Sequence record: AP018932
DNA length: 64,000 nucleotides
Source of the DNA: Escherichia phage KIT03
Direction: 5' to 3' (one strand)
Shown here: one piece after another, positions 1 to 10,527 of the stretch
Layout: the number at the start of each line of letters is the position of its first letter
Position numbering within the stretch: the first letter of the stretch is position 1
Position numbers and translations under genes: made by a program
The notes under the pieces: generated by a model
The model's input: only the letters and a program-made list of their open reading frames with translations
What the model was told of the DNA's origin: nothing
Database searches by the model: none

Positions 1-1190
1 CACTTCGTGCGGTATATGGTAAAGACCCAATCGCTTCCGGCGCTAAAGAAGCATTCCACCCAATGTATGGTCCAGATGCAATGTTCTCTGGTCAGGGTGC
101 TGCTAAGAAATTCGCTGCTTTGAAAGCAAGTGATACTCTTGAAGTCGGAACTATTTACACCCACTTCTTCCAGGACACTGGTACTGTGTATCTGCAAGCT
201 ACAGCAGCTAAACAAATTGATTCAGGTGCATCTGACGCAGACAAATTAGATGCTGAAATTAAGAAACAAATGGAAGCAGGTGTACTGGTAGAAATCGCTG
301 AAGGTATGGCTACTTCTATCGCTGAACTTCAGGAAGGTTTTAACGGTTCTACCGATAACCCATGGAATGAAATGGGCTTCCGTATCGATAAGCAAGTTAT
401 CGAAGCTAAATCTCGTCAGCTGAAAGCTGCTTACTCTATTGAATTAGCACAAGACCTCCGCGCTGTTCACGGTATGGATGCTGATGCTGAACTGTCTGGT
501 ATTCTGGCTACAGAAATTATGCTGGAAATCAACCGTGAAGTTGTTGATTGGATTAACTACTCAGCACAGGTTGGTAAATCTGGTATGACCCTGACTCCGG
601 GTTCTAAAGCTGGTGTATTTGACTTCCAGGACCCAATCGATATTCGTGGTGCTCGCTGGGCAGGTGAATCCTTTAAAGCTCTGTTGTTCCAGATTGATAA
701 AGAAGCAGTTGAAATCGCTCGTCAAACCGGTCGTGGTGAAGGTAACTTCATTATCGCTTCCCGTAACGTAGTTAACGTTCTGGCTTCAGTTGATACCGGC
801 ATTTCTTATGCTGCGCAAGGTCTGGCTACCGGCTTTAACACTGATACTACCAAGTCAGTATTTGCTGGTGTTCTGGGTGGTAAATACCGTGTATATATCG
901 ACCAGTATGCTAAACAGGATTATTTCACTGTAGGTTATAAAGGTCCGAACGAAATGGATGCTGGTATTTACTACGCTCCATATGTAGCTCTGACTCCACT
1001 GCGTGGTTCTGATCCGAAGAACTTCCAACCGGTAATGGGGTTCAAAACTCGTTACGGTATCGGTATCAACCCATTTGCAGAATCCGCTGCTCAGGCTCCG
1101 GCTTCTCGCATTCAGAGTGGTATGCCTTCTATCCTGAACAGCCTTGGTAAGAACGCTTACTTCCGCCGTGTATATGTTAAAGGTATCTAA
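1..1190 (+). CDS. 23: major capsid protein gp23, C-terminal ~375 codons (5' end lies upstream of window)
   Basis: ORF 63..1190 stays open in frame to the window edge; translation recognised as T4 gp23 C-terminal region; hairpin terminator follows. Confidence 0.95.
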   Translation, partial: LRAVYGKDPIASGAKEAFHPMYGPDAMFSGQGAAKKFAALKASDTLEVGTIYTHFFQDTGTVYLQATAAKQIDSGASDADKLDAEIKKQMEAGVLVEIAEGMATSIAELQEGFNGSTDNPWNEMGFRIDKQVIEAKSRQLKAAYSIELAQDLRAVHGMDADAELSGILATEIMLEINREVVDWINYSAQVGKSGMTLTPGSKAGVFDFQDPIDIRGARWAGESFKALLFQIDKEAVEIARQTGRGEGNFIIASRNVVNVLASVDTGISYAAQGLATGFNTDTTKSVFAGVLGGKYRVYIDQYAKQDYFTVGYKGPNEMDAGIYYAPYVALTPLRGSDPKNFQPVMGFKTRYGIGINPFAESAAQAPASRIQSGMPSILNSLGKNAYFRRVYVKGI

Positions 1191-1205
1191 TCTTTGACGA
1201 TTTAA

Positions 1206-1235
1206 GGGACCTTCGGGTCCCTTTAGTTGTTTTTA
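1206..1235 (+). terminator. rho-independent terminator after gene 23 (GGGACC-UUCG-GGUCCC hairpin plus T-run)
   Basis: perfect GC-rich stem with CUUCGG loop at 1206..1221 followed by tttagttgttttt. Confidence 0.7.
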
Positions 1236-1238
1236 TGG

Positions 1239-1246
1239 TATAAATA
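1239..1246 (+). promoter_or_regulatory. T4-type late promoter (TATAAATA) for gene 24
   Basis: exact TATAAATA about 28 bp upstream of the gene 24 ATG. Confidence 0.65.
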
Positions 1247-1273
1247 AATCATATAAACTGAAAGGAAAGCGCA

Positions 1274-2557
1274 ATGGCTAAAATCAACGAACTTCTGCGC
1301 GAATCAACCACAACGAATAGCAACTCAATCGGTCGCCCAAATCTCGTTGCTTTGACTCGCGCTACCACTAAATTAATATATTCTGACATTGTAGCAACGC
1401 AAAGAACTAATCAACCTGTTGCTGCTTTTTATGGTATCAAATACCTTAACCCAGACAACGAATTTACATTTAAAACTGGTGCTACTTACGCTGGCGAAGC
1501 TGGATATGTAGACCGAGAAAAAATCACAGAATTAACAGAAGAGTCTAAATTAACTCTCAATAAAGGCGATTTATTCAAATATAATAATATCGTTTATAAA
1601 GTATTAGAAGATACACCATTTGCTGATATTGAAGAAAGCGATTTAGAATTAGCTCTTCAGATTGCAATTGTTCTTTTAAAGGTTCGTCTATTTTCTGACG
1701 CAGCGTCAACAAGCAAATTTGAAAGCTCTGATAGTGAAATTGCGGATGCTAGATTCCAGATTAATAAATGGCAAACCGCAGTTAAATCTCGCAAACTTAA
1801 AACTGGTATCACAGTTGAATTAGCACAAGATTTAGAAGCAAACGGATTCGATGCTCCTAATTTCTTAGAAGATTTGCTTGCAACCGAAATGGCAGATGAA
1901 ATCAATAAAGATATTCTGCAGTCTTTGATTACAGTATCAAAACGTTATAAAGTTACAGGAATTACTGATACTGGATTCATTGATTTGAGTTATGCATCTG
2001 CACCTGAAGCTGGTCGTTCATTATACCGAATGGTATGTGAAATGGTTTCGCATATCCAAAAAGAATCAACTTATACAGCAACGTTCTGTGTTGCTTCTGC
2101 TCGTGCCGCTGCGATTCTTGCTGCATCAGGTTGGTTAAAACATAAACCAGAAGATGATAAATATCTTTCACAGAATGCCTACGGGTTCTTAGCTAATGGT
2201 TTACCGCTTTATTGCGATACTAACAGCCCATTAGATTATGTAATCGTTGGCGTAGTAGAAAATATCGGTGAAAAAGAAATTGTTGGATCAATTTTCTATG
2301 CTCCGTATACAGAAGGTCTCGACTTAGATGACCCTGAACATGTAGGTGCATTTAAAGTTGTGGTTGATCCAGAAAGCTTACAACCGTCTATCGGTTTATT
2401 AGTTAGATATGCTTTATCTGCAAATCCTTACACCGTAGCAAAAGATGAAAAAGAAGCAAGAGTAATTGATGGTGGAGACATGGATAAAATGGCGGGTCGT
2501 TCAGATTTGTCCGTTTTATTAGGTGTTAAGCTACCAAAAATTATCATTGATGAATAA
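1274..2557 (+). CDS. 24: head vertex protein gp24
   Basis: 427-aa ORF, gp23 paralog, position right after gene 23. Confidence 0.95.
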   Translation: MAKINELLRESTTTNSNSIGRPNLVALTRATTKLIYSDIVATQRTNQPVAAFYGIKYLNPDNEFTFKTGATYAGEAGYVDREKITELTEESKLTLNKGDLFKYNNIVYKVLEDTPFADIEESDLELALQIAIVLLKVRLFSDAASTSKFESSDSEIADARFQINKWQTAVKSRKLKTGITVELAQDLEANGFDAPNFLEDLLATEMADEINKDILQSLITVSKRYKVTGITDTGFIDLSYASAPEAGRSLYRMVCEMVSHIQKESTYTATFCVASARAAAILAASGWLKHKPEDDKYLSQNAYGFLANGLPLYCDTNSPLDYVIVGVVENIGEKEIVGSIFYAPYTEGLDLDDPEHVGAFKVVVDPESLQPSIGLLVRYALSANPYTVAKDEKEARVIDGGDMDKMAGRSDLSVLLGVKLPKIIIDE

Positions 2558-2562
2558 AACAA

Positions 2563-2588
2563 AGGGACCGAAAGGTCCCTTTTTATTT
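2563..2588. terminator. bidirectional hairpin terminator between gene 24 (+) and rnlB (-)
   Basis: GGGACC-GAAA-GGTCCC stem-loop flanked by T-runs on both strands. Confidence 0.65.
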
Positions 2589-3591
2589 AGCTCACCAACT
2601 CAATCCAAGCCGGACGAAGTACATCTTGTACCATTTTAACTAATTCCTTTTTAACCAAAGAAGGATTATCCGCTTGAGTTAGAGTAATACCTTCACGAGA
2701 AGTTTCTTCCAAAATATCTTGAACAGTTAATCCCATCACCTTTCCAAAATCTTTTGGACCAATTTCGCCAATTTTGGAAATAACGTTATTTACTCGGTTC
2801 AATGTAACATAACAAGCTAAAATTCCAACCAATTTGTTATCAGCTTCTGACAATTCAACTTTAGCTTTAATAGGCTTATCAGACTTTTTCTTTTCACTAA
2901 ATTTAGAATTCTTGCATTTGATGGCCACACGATTGCGATTAGGCAGCCAAGAAGGATAACAAGGTTTCAATACATATCCTTCAGCAGTAAATACTTCGCC
3001 TTTTGCTTCGGCATTCCAAACACATTTATTTGCATCAACTAATCCAGCATGGTCTACTGTAAAATTATAATCTTGGACGACAGAATCTAAATCATTTGGC
3101 AATTTAATAAGCTCTTCAAATTTACCGCGACCTAAAAGTGGAGCCATTTTAAATTTAAATGTATTACAGAATGATTCCATCATATAATCATCGACATAAG
3201 TCACATCACCACTTTCTGTAGTGACAATAATGTCAAATACATAAAAATCTTTATCACCATAATCAACATTCTTCTGAATGCCAGGTCCAGCGAATTCGCC
3301 AAAGACTTGATAAGATACAACCGCTGAAGTTTCCATAATATCTTGTACTGCTTTAATGGAATCAGCGTAATTCTTTAGAATAATTTCATACCCAAAGAAA
3401 TCTTCAGCAGGAATAATCGGTCCAGTACGTTTAGCGTAAGTTACTTTATCACGCTCAATAATCAATGAGAAATTTGTGCCGTGAATCTTTTCACGAGCTA
3501 CCCATTCGCCGCCAGTCAATCCTAAACTGTAAAGTTTTTCAATGAACTTAGAATTGTAATGATTTTCAAGACTGCTATACTTTTTAAACAT
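2587..3591 (-). CDS. rnlB: RNA ligase 2 (Rnl2)
   Basis: 334-aa ORF; N-terminus contains the nucleotidyltransferase lysine motif (KIHGTN). Confidence 0.93.
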   Translation of the reverse strand: MFKKYSSLENHYNSKFIEKLYSLGLTGGEWVAREKIHGTNFSLIIERDKVTYAKRTGPIIPAEDFFGYEIILKNYADSIKAVQDIMETSAVVSYQVFGEFAGPGIQKNVDYGDKDFYVFDIIVTTESGDVTYVDDYMMESFCNTFKFKMAPLLGRGKFEELIKLPNDLDSVVQDYNFTVDHAGLVDANKCVWNAEAKGEVFTAEGYVLKPCYPSWLPNRNRVAIKCKNSKFSEKKKSDKPIKAKVELSEADNKLVGILACYVTLNRVNNVISKIGEIGPKDFGKVMGLTVQDILEETSREGITLTQADNPSLVKKELVKMVQDVLRPAWIELVS

Positions 3592-3600
3592 AATTAATCC

Positions 3601-3879
3601 TCAAAATGTAATTTCTAACCAATCACCATCACGCTGATCACTATTGACTTTAAAGCTGAATCCTTCTTTTCTCAGCCAATCACCAATTTCTTCAGTAATC
3701 AATTTATCGCGAGCAGTACAATAATAACTAAAATATGTTTTACCTTGTTCAGCTGCTTTATTAGCAAGTTCTGAAAAATCTTTAATAAAACACTCTAGCT
3801 TAAACTGTTTACTTTTTAATGCTTTTTCGCGTAATTGATTAGCAAAAGATTCATTTTCATAAAGATCATACTGTTCCAT
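3601..3879 (-). CDS. 24.2: hypothetical protein (24.2 position)
   Basis: 92-aa ORF in conserved position between rnlB and hoc. Confidence 0.7.
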   Translation of the reverse strand: MEQYDLYENESFANQLREKALKSKQFKLECFIKDFSELANKAAEQGKTYFSYYCTARDKLITEEIGDWLRKEGFSFKVNSDQRDGDWLEITF

Positions 3880-4081
3880 TTTTCACCTTTTTATTAATAT
3901 GTCTTTTTCTATAGACAACTTTTTCTCGAGTTTCAAATTTATTCTTAGCAGTCATAGCTCGAGCCCATAATACAGCCACTTCTTTCGCCTGTAAGTTTAA
4001 TTCACGAGCAATTTCAATGAATGACTTTCCAGACTCATGAAGAGTAAACACCACAACCTCAGTTCTCATAATCAATCTCAT
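3866..4081 (-). CDS. 24.3: hypothetical small protein with helix-turn-helix-like segment (24.3 position)
   Basis: 71-aa ORF; segment GKSFIEIARELNLQAKEVAVLW looks like an HTH. Confidence 0.6.
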   Translation of the reverse strand: MRLIMRTEVVVFTLHESGKSFIEIARELNLQAKEVAVLWARAMTAKNKFETREKVVYRKRHINKKVKNGTV

Positions 4082-4136
4082 GTTATCGAGTTGGTGCCAT
4101 TATATACATCGTTTTCTGACTATGTTTTGTGTGCTT

Positions 4137-4164
4137 TCAAAATGAAGAAAGGGGCCGAAGCCCC
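4137..4164 (-). terminator. hairpin terminator downstream of hoc
   Basis: GGGGC-UUCG-GCCCC on the - strand followed by U-rich tract. Confidence 0.6.
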
Positions 4165-4170
4165 TTACGA

Positions 4171-5301
4171 TTATGGATAAGTATAGATGATACCATTTTC
4201 TAAAGCAGTTTTATGAATGATGTATCCATTACGTGATTCTTGAACATCAACTTCTGGATAGTCTTTCATCATCTTCTGAAGAGTGTAACGATGCAGGTAA
4301 TATTTACTATCTGGATCGTCAGTTTTCCAATCTTTACCTTCTTCAGTCATTTTTTGGATTTCATCCATAACCCACCAACCGCACCAGATGTAAGCTGAAG
4401 TACGGTGTGGAAGAGGATGAACATAAGGCAATTCACCTTCTGGTTCCGGAGCAACTTTATCAGTCACTTGAACTTGACCTGTTGTTTTAGCTGTTTTGCT
4501 ATCATAATCAGTTGCTGCAACGACAGCAGTAACTTCAATAGTTTGACTTCCAACAGATGAGGTATCGACAGTATATACGTTAGTTGACCCTTCTACAGGA
4601 GAAGAATCTTTCTTCCACGAGTAAGTAATTTGTGCTTCTTCTGGAGCATCCGTAACATTAGCCGTAAATGTAGCCGAAGCATCTTGCTGAACGTTAATAG
4701 AAGGAGGAGTCAATGTAACCTGTGGATTCATTGTCTTCTTATTAACCGTTAATGATACTTCATTCGAAGTAACTTCCTTTTCATTGTAATTTTCAGCAGT
4801 TACTTGGGCTACGCATTTAATTCTTTTTACTCCACTTGTAGTTGGAGTATAGCTAAATGTAGAGTTAGTTTCTCCACCAACTTGTGAATCATCTACATAC
4901 CACTGATACGTAGCAGATGCGCCTGATGGCTGCGAAGCCAAAGCAGCGGTAAATTTAACAGCTGTTCCAATCACTCCAGCCGCAGGACTAGCAGGAGTTA
5001 CGGCTAAGGTAGTCGTCTGTGTCTTATTTTTAACTGTGATAGTTGTTGTCGCTTCAGCCGTTTCCGGGCCTCCTTCAGAAAGTGTATTTGTTGCAACTAC
5101 TTTAATAGTCTTTTGACCAGCAGGACCTTTTAATACATAATCAAAAGTTGCTTCAGACCCATCTTGTGGAGCATTATCTACACTCCAAGCATAAGTAATA
5201 GTTCCACCTCCAGTTTCACCACTGGGTGCAGCAGTAAACTGCTTAGTCTCATCTATAACTCCAGTAGGTGTTTTAGGAGTTATATCAACTGTAAAAGCCA
5301 T
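4171..5301 (-). CDS. hoc: highly immunogenic outer capsid protein Hoc (Ig-like domains)
   Basis: 376-aa ORF with repeated Ig-like segments (TYSW/TYQWY motifs). Confidence 0.93.
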   Translation of the reverse strand: MAFTVDITPKTPTGVIDETKQFTAAPSGETGGGTITYAWSVDNAPQDGSEATFDYVLKGPAGQKTIKVVATNTLSEGGPETAEATTTITVKNKTQTTTLAVTPASPAAGVIGTAVKFTAALASQPSGASATYQWYVDDSQVGGETNSTFSYTPTTSGVKRIKCVAQVTAENYNEKEVTSNEVSLTVNKKTMNPQVTLTPPSINVQQDASATFTANVTDAPEEAQITYSWKKDSSPVEGSTNVYTVDTSSVGSQTIEVTAVVAATDYDSKTAKTTGQVQVTDKVAPEPEGELPYVHPLPHRTSAYIWCGWWVMDEIQKMTEEGKDWKTDDPDSKYYLHRYTLQKMMKDYPEVDVQESRNGYIIHKTALENGIIYTYP

Positions 5302-5310
5302 AAGTTATCC

Positions 5311-5991
5311 TTATTTTAATGTTACGAAAGAAGAATTACGTGTTTCACGAATTAGAACTGATCCGTCACGGTTAATGTAGTAAATTAAGCTAAACAGAGT
5401 TTGATGTGCCGACGCGTGTTCAAAACTAGTTGGGTGAGATTTCCAATCCGGAGTTTCAGCAATCCATTGGTAAATCCACCAAGGAACAGTACAGAATCCT
5501 GGATTTTTTCCAATCAACTGAAGATTCGGGCTAAAGTTTTCCGGAAGAGTAAATACAGACGGCTTTTCAGATTCAATAATCTCAGCTACAGCCTGTTCGA
5601 ATTTTTCTTCAACAAAAGGAGTATCTTCAATCAAAACATCGGTATTTTCAGGAATTTTATCCGTTTCTACTACTTCAATTTTAATATCAGATTTAACTGG
5701 AGAATCAATCAGAAGTGCTGCTTCTGGATTAACTTCTTCATCGTCATATTTTAATCCCTCTGCAGCATCAGCAGCATCAATTAAGTCTTTAATAGATAAC
5801 CCATCAGTCTCTGGCATAGGTTCACTAGCGAGCTTCTGGAGGGCTTCTTCAATATCAACAACGATATTATCAAAAGATTTATTCTTTTTGACCTTTATAC
5901 CAAACTGTTCAGCATATTCAGCTAATTTAGCTTTAGCTTCTTTATTATCATCAAGAGCCTTCAGCTCTGCAATATAATCTTTATCTATCAT
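5311..5991 (-). CDS. inh: inhibitor of prohead protease (Inh)
   Basis: 226-aa ORF adjacent to hoc. Confidence 0.85.
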   Translation of the reverse strand: MIDKDYIAELKALDDNKEAKAKLAEYAEQFGIKVKKNKSFDNIVVDIEEALQKLASEPMPETDGLSIKDLIDAADAAEGLKYDDEEVNPEAALLIDSPVKSDIKIEVVETDKIPENTDVLIEDTPFVEEKFEQAVAEIIESEKPSVFTLPENFSPNLQLIGKNPGFCTVPWWIYQWIAETPDWKSHPTSFEHASAHQTLFSLIYYINRDGSVLIRETRNSSFVTLK

Positions 5992-6004
5992 AATATTTCC
6001 TCAG

Positions 6005-6012
6005 TATAAATA
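6005..6012 (+). promoter_or_regulatory. late-promoter motif TATAAATA upstream of seg gene
   Basis: exact TATAAATA 29 bp upstream of the ATG at 6041. Confidence 0.5.
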
Positions 6013-6040
6013 TAGATATATTTATTACTCGGAAAATAGT

Positions 6041-6658
6041 ATGTACCACTTTGTATATGAAACAACAAATCTAATAAATGGTAAAAAGTATATAGGAAAA
6101 CACTCTACTGATGACTTAAATGATGGTTACCTTGGTTCCGGTAAGGCAATTCAGCAGGCTATAAAGAAATATGGTGAAAACAATTTCTCTAGAACAATAC
6201 TAAAAGAGTTTAAAACTTCCGAAGAAGCGTACATGTATGAAGAAGAAATTATAACTCCTGAACTAATAAAAAGCAAAAATTATTATAATATGAAACCTGG
6301 TGGAATTGGTGGAATTGTTATGACTACAGAGGTTATAGCAAAGATGAAAGAATCTTCCGCTAAAAGATTTGAAAACTCACCAGGCACGGTATTAGGTAAA
6401 ACTTGTTACACTAATGGAACTAAAAATATTTTTATTAAACCTGGAGAACTTGTTCCAGAAGGATTTGTAAAAGGGATGGTTCATCCTAATAGAAAGTCCA
6501 GAAAAGGATGTAAAGTCAAACCGACTACCACAGGAACTTTTTGGGTCAATAATGGCGCAATAAATAAATTAATACAACCAGACGGTATTATTCCCGACGG
6601 ATTTATTAAAGGTCGTCTCATGAAAAGAGATTCTAAAGGCAAATTTAGTAAGGCATAA
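6041..6658 (+). CDS. segE: GIY-YIG free-standing homing endonuclease (Seg family)
   Basis: 205-aa ORF; N-terminal GIY-YIG motif (VYETTN...GKKYIGKHS); sits between inh and uvsW on the opposite strand to its neighbours; segE versus segD assignment is uncertain. Confidence 0.8.
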   Translation: MYHFVYETTNLINGKKYIGKHSTDDLNDGYLGSGKAIQQAIKKYGENNFSRTILKEFKTSEEAYMYEEEIITPELIKSKNYYNMKPGGIGGIVMTTEVIAKMKESSAKRFENSPGTVLGKTCYTNGTKNIFIKPGELVPEGFVKGMVHPNRKSRKGCKVKPTTTGTFWVNNGAINKLIQPDGIIPDGFIKGRLMKRDSKGKFSKA

Positions 6659-6660
6659 TT

Positions 6661-8169
6661 ATGGATATTAAAGTACATTTTCACGACTTCAGTCATGTAC
6701 GCATCGATTGTGAAGAGAGCACGTTCCACGAATTAAGAGATTTCTTTTCGTTTGAGGCCGATGGATATAGATTTAACCCTCGCTTCAGATATGGCAACTG
6801 GGATGGACGAATCCGTCTTTTAGATTATAATCGCCTTCTTCCATTCGGCTTAGTCGGGCAAATTAAAAAGTTCTGTGATAACTTTGGCTATAAAGCCTGG
6901 ATTGACCCACAAATTAACGAAAAAGAAGAATTATCAAGAAAAGATTTTGATGAATGGCTTTCTAAATTAGAAATCTATTCAGGAAATAAAAGAATTGAAC
7001 CACACTGGTATCAAAAAGATGCAGTGTTCGAAGGATTAGTTAATCGTCGTAGAATTCTTAATCTTCCAACATCTGCAGGTAAATCTTTAATTCAGGCTCT
7101 GCTTGCGCGATATTATTTGGAAAATTATGAAGGTAAAATTCTTATCATTGTTCCAACAACTGCTCTGACAACTCAGATGGCTGATGACTTCGTTGACTAT
7201 CGTTTATTCAGTCATGCAATGATAAAGAAAATTGGCGGCGGAGCATCAAAAGATGATAAATATAAAAATGATGCACCAGTCGTTGTTGGTACATGGCAAA
7301 CTGTAGTTAAACAACCAAAAGAATGGTTCTCACAGTTTGGAATGATGATGAATGATGAATGCCATCTTGCTACAGGAAAAAGTATTTCATCTATCATATC
7401 AGGTTTAAATAACTGCATGTTCAAATTTGGTCTATCTGGTTCATTACGTGACGGCAAAGCCAATATCATGCAGTATGTTGGAATGTTTGGCGAAATATTT
7501 AAGCCAGTAACGACTTCTAAATTAATGGAAGATGGGCAAGTAACTGAGCTAAAAATTAATAGTATTTTTCTTCGTTATCCTGATGAGTTCACTACTAAAT
7601 TAAAGGGAAAAACTTATCAAGAAGAAATAAAAATTATTACGGGGCTTAGTAAAAGAAATAAATGGATCGCTAAATTAGCTATTAAGCTTGCGCAGAAAGA
7701 TGAAAACGCTTTTGTCATGTTTAAACATGTATCGCACGGTAAAGCTATTTTCGATTTAATTAAAAATGAATACGATAAAGTTTATTACGTATCAGGGGAA
7801 GTTGATACCGAAACACGCAATATAATGAAAACCTTAGCTGAAAATGGTAAAGGAATAATTATAGTAGCTAGTTATGGTGTATTTTCTACTGGTATTTCAG
7901 TTAAAAATCTGCATCACGTTGTTTTAGCACACGGTGTTAAATCAAAAATCATTGTATTACAAACAATCGGTCGTGTATTACGTAAGCATGGTTCTAAGAC
8001 AATAGCAACAGTCTGGGACCTCATAGATGATTGTGGTGTTAAGCCAAAATCTGCTAATACGAAAAAGAAATATGTTCATTTGAACTATCTTTTAAAACAC
8101 GGCATTGATCGTATTCAGCGCTACGCAGATGAAAAATTCAATTACGTAATGAAAACAGTTAATTTATAA
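6661..8169 (+). CDS. uvsW: UvsW SF2 DNA/RNA helicase
   Basis: 502-aa ORF with helicase motifs (LPTSAGKS Walker A, DECH box). Confidence 0.95.
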   Translation: MDIKVHFHDFSHVRIDCEESTFHELRDFFSFEADGYRFNPRFRYGNWDGRIRLLDYNRLLPFGLVGQIKKFCDNFGYKAWIDPQINEKEELSRKDFDEWLSKLEIYSGNKRIEPHWYQKDAVFEGLVNRRRILNLPTSAGKSLIQALLARYYLENYEGKILIIVPTTALTTQMADDFVDYRLFSHAMIKKIGGGASKDDKYKNDAPVVVGTWQTVVKQPKEWFSQFGMMMNDECHLATGKSISSIISGLNNCMFKFGLSGSLRDGKANIMQYVGMFGEIFKPVTTSKLMEDGQVTELKINSIFLRYPDEFTTKLKGKTYQEEIKIITGLSKRNKWIAKLAIKLAQKDENAFVMFKHVSHGKAIFDLIKNEYDKVYYVSGEVDTETRNIMKTLAENGKGIIIVASYGVFSTGISVKNLHHVVLAHGVKSKIIVLQTIGRVLRKHGSKTIATVWDLIDDCGVKPKSANTKKKYVHLNYLLKHGIDRIQRYADEKFNYVMKTVNL

Positions 8170-8194
8170 GGGCTTCGGCCCTTTGGAGAAAAAG

Positions 8195-8428
8195 ATGTTA
8201 CTAGAATTTAAACAATTTCTTTATGAAGCTTCTATTGATGAATTTATGGGTAAAATTGCCTCTTGTCAAACATTAGAAGGTTTAGAAGAACTTGAAGCTT
8301 ATTATAAGAAAAGAGTTAAAGAAACTGAATTAAAAGATACTGATGACATCTCAGTCAGAGATGCTTTGGCAGGAAAAAGAGCTGAATTAGAAGATTCAGA
8401 CGATGATGAAGTAGAAGAAAGCTTTTAA
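8195..8428 (+). CDS. uvsW.1: UvsW.1 small helical protein
   Basis: ORF following uvsW; ATG at 8195 preceded by GGAG; the tracked ORF begins at a TTG at 8183. Confidence 0.8.
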   Translation: MLLEFKQFLYEASIDEFMGKIASCQTLEGLEELEAYYKKRVKETELKDTDDISVRDALAGKRAELEDSDDDEVEESF

Positions 8429-8483
8429 ATTAAAAAAGGCCCAACCGAAAAGGAAGGGCCAAAACTATAGACTAAAGGTCACA

Positions 8484-8651
8484 CTATAGCAAAAGTTGTG
8501 TTTCATTTAATTGTTCTTCCGAACTTTCTGAAACTGGTAGTTCTTTAATGTAATTATAGCAAGGCCCAGGATGTACAGGACCTTTGTCTGTTTCAACAAC
8601 CAATGCAGAATCGATTGGAGTTTTACAGACAACACAAATCTTATCTGACAT
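8484..8651 (-). CDS. uvsY.-2: small Cys-rich (zinc-ribbon-like) protein, uvsY.-2 position
   Basis: start MSDKICVVCKT preceded by AGGAGA RBS; CxxC...C pattern. Confidence 0.65.
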   Translation of the reverse strand: MSDKICVVCKTPIDSALVVETDKGPVHPGPCYNYIKELPVSESSEEQLNETQLLL

Positions 8652-8774
8652 GATTGTCTCCTTTTGAATATAGTAATATTTATAAACCCATTTTAATCCG
8701 CATTTCTTGTACACGGATTAAGCAAGCTTCCATCTCTGCTAATAGTCGAAATACTTCTTTATAATCTGTCATAT

Positions 8775-9002
8775 TTACCCCATATCTCTCATATGCATAT
8801 CAATGCCCATATCTTTAGAATAAAAATATTCATCAAGATATCCGGCAAATTTTCCTTTAATATAAAGGACATCTTCACCACATGGGTGGTCGGCCAGGAT
8901 ACGAATATCCTGACGCTTAAGATTATGCTTTTTCATTAAGAATTGAATTTCCGTTTCAAATTCTTCTTCATAATTAAAAGCATCATCAATGCTATATCTC
9001 AT
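8775..9002 (-). CDS. uvsY.-1: hypothetical protein, uvsY.-1 position
   Basis: 75-aa ORF, start overlaps uvsY stop. Confidence 0.7.
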   Translation of the reverse strand: MRYSIDDAFNYEEEFETEIQFLMKKHNLKRQDIRILADHPCGEDVLYIKGKFAGYLDEYFYSKDMGIDMHMRDMG

Positions 9003-9415
9003 TATTTTCCAGCCTCAAATGCTCGCATGTCTTGAATATGCTTAATAGCAAATCCACGTGATTTAATAGCATCAAGAGCTCCGCTACAGAAATCTAATAA
9101 AATCCCCCAATACTGCAACGAGGTATCAACCTTTAAAACATCCTTATCAGCTGATAGAACTGTTTTCATTTCTGATTTCTCGTAACGATCCATACTAAAT
9201 TCATCACCATCTCCTCGTCCCGAGTAGTAGTCTAATTTAGCTTTAAGAGCAACTTTTTTCTGTGCGTCAATTCTAAGCATTTCCTTTTTAATACTTGAAT
9301 GCTTATTAAGCCATTTACTATATAACATCACATTATTAGCTGCTTCATACTGCAATTTAGTCGAATCTATAAACACATCTTTCTTCAATTCTTCTTGAAG
9401 ATCTTCTAATCTCAT
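9002..9415 (-). CDS. uvsY: recombination mediator UvsY
   Basis: 137-aa ORF recognised as T4 UvsY. Confidence 0.93.
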   Translation of the reverse strand: MRLEDLQEELKKDVFIDSTKLQYEAANNVMLYSKWLNKHSSIKKEMLRIDAQKKVALKAKLDYYSGRGDGDEFSMDRYEKSEMKTVLSADKDVLKVDTSLQYWGILLDFCSGALDAIKSRGFAIKHIQDMRAFEAGK

Positions 9416-9481
9416 ATTGTTCTCTATTCAATTGTTATTGGATGGACTTAGATTCATTATACCACGTTTATACGTGAAGCA

Positions 9482-9880
9482 TTATACTCTATTACTGGAA
9501 GCCAGTTGCAGTTTTATCTGCTCAATATCATCAGGATTATCGATGACCGAAAAGCGTATTTCTACTATCAAAGTATAATCATCATAAACCGGTATTACAT
9601 TAACTGCTAATTTATCAATACGTGGCTCATAGTTTCTTACTGCGCTTTCGATATTGCGCTCAACCGTGTCAGCAGTAAGAGGAGTCATATTCTCAAAAAG
9701 CTGGTCAGATAAATCACATCCAAATTCAGGGTCAAACGGTCTTGAACCTTTTCTTGTTGTAATAATTCCTAAAAGACTATTTTTAATTGACCTTAATCCA
9801 AGTGATCTTGAAACGTCTTTGTTCCAATCCATTTTCATCTCTGGGTCAATATCAGAATAAAGCTTATTAATATTTGCCAT
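9482..9880 (-). CDS. 25: baseplate wedge protein gp25
   Basis: 132-aa ORF recognised as gp25. Confidence 0.93.
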   Translation of the reverse strand: MANINKLYSDIDPEMKMDWNKDVSRSLGLRSIKNSLLGIITTRKGSRPFDPEFGCDLSDQLFENMTPLTADTVERNIESAVRNYEPRIDKLAVNVIPVYDDYTLIVEIRFSVIDNPDDIEQIKLQLASSNRV

Positions 9881-10506
9881 TACAATAGCTCAAAGAATTC
9901 TTTGAGTCCTCTTATTACATGAGCGTGAGTTTTTCCACACTCTGGACATTTAATTGGAACAGCCAAATAAACAGTAGGCTTTAAAAGAATATCTTTTATA
10001 GCTACAATATCTGACTCTGTGATGATAGAATATAAATCTTCCAACTCTTTTTCATTCAAGTCTTCAACTGGAATGCTTTCCCCGTTAGCGTGAATCGTTT
10101 CTATACATGATACTATCATGTGGGCTATATTTTTATCATCAAAAATTTTAGGGTAATGGAATTTAATTTTAATGTCACCCAGTGTATACCAGAGGTCTTC
10201 TGGTGCATCTATTTGTGTATGTAATAGATTTATATGGGTTGGTATTTCAGCTCCACAGGTGCACTTCCAGGAGTTTTCGTGATTAACTTCTCCAAGAGAA
10301 TGCGCCCATAAATGAATTAGTAATAGTTCTGATTCTTGGCGGTTTAAATCTTTTGCATTTGTACAGTCTTTGATTAGCTTTTTAACAATTACTTCTACGG
10401 AACCATTATTTTTGGCAGTAATAAGTTCTAGATATTCTTTAAGCGTGAATGCGCGACAATTGATTATTTTAGAACCAACTCTCACATCAAATTTGTATTC
10501 ATACAT
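9880..10506 (-). CDS. 26: baseplate hub protein gp26
   Basis: 208-aa ORF, conserved position. Confidence 0.9.
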   Translation of the reverse strand: MYEYKFDVRVGSKIINCRAFTLKEYLELITAKNNGSVEVIVKKLIKDCTNAKDLNRQESELLLIHLWAHSLGEVNHENSWKCTCGAEIPTHINLLHTQIDAPEDLWYTLGDIKIKFHYPKIFDDKNIAHMIVSCIETIHANGESIPVEDLNEKELEDLYSIITESDIVAIKDILLKPTVYLAVPIKCPECGKTHAHVIRGLKEFFELL

Positions 10507-10527
10507 ATTTAGCTCCTTTATTTATCA

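Noticed and set aside
1657-2171. Minus-strand ORFs (82 and 64 aa) inside gene 24
   Set aside because: Antisense to a highly conserved structural gene, no RBS, composition typical of out-of-frame translation.
5401-5754. Plus-strand 117-aa ORF inside inh
   Set aside because: Antisense overlap, Phe/Asn/Ile-rich low-complexity translation; likely spurious.
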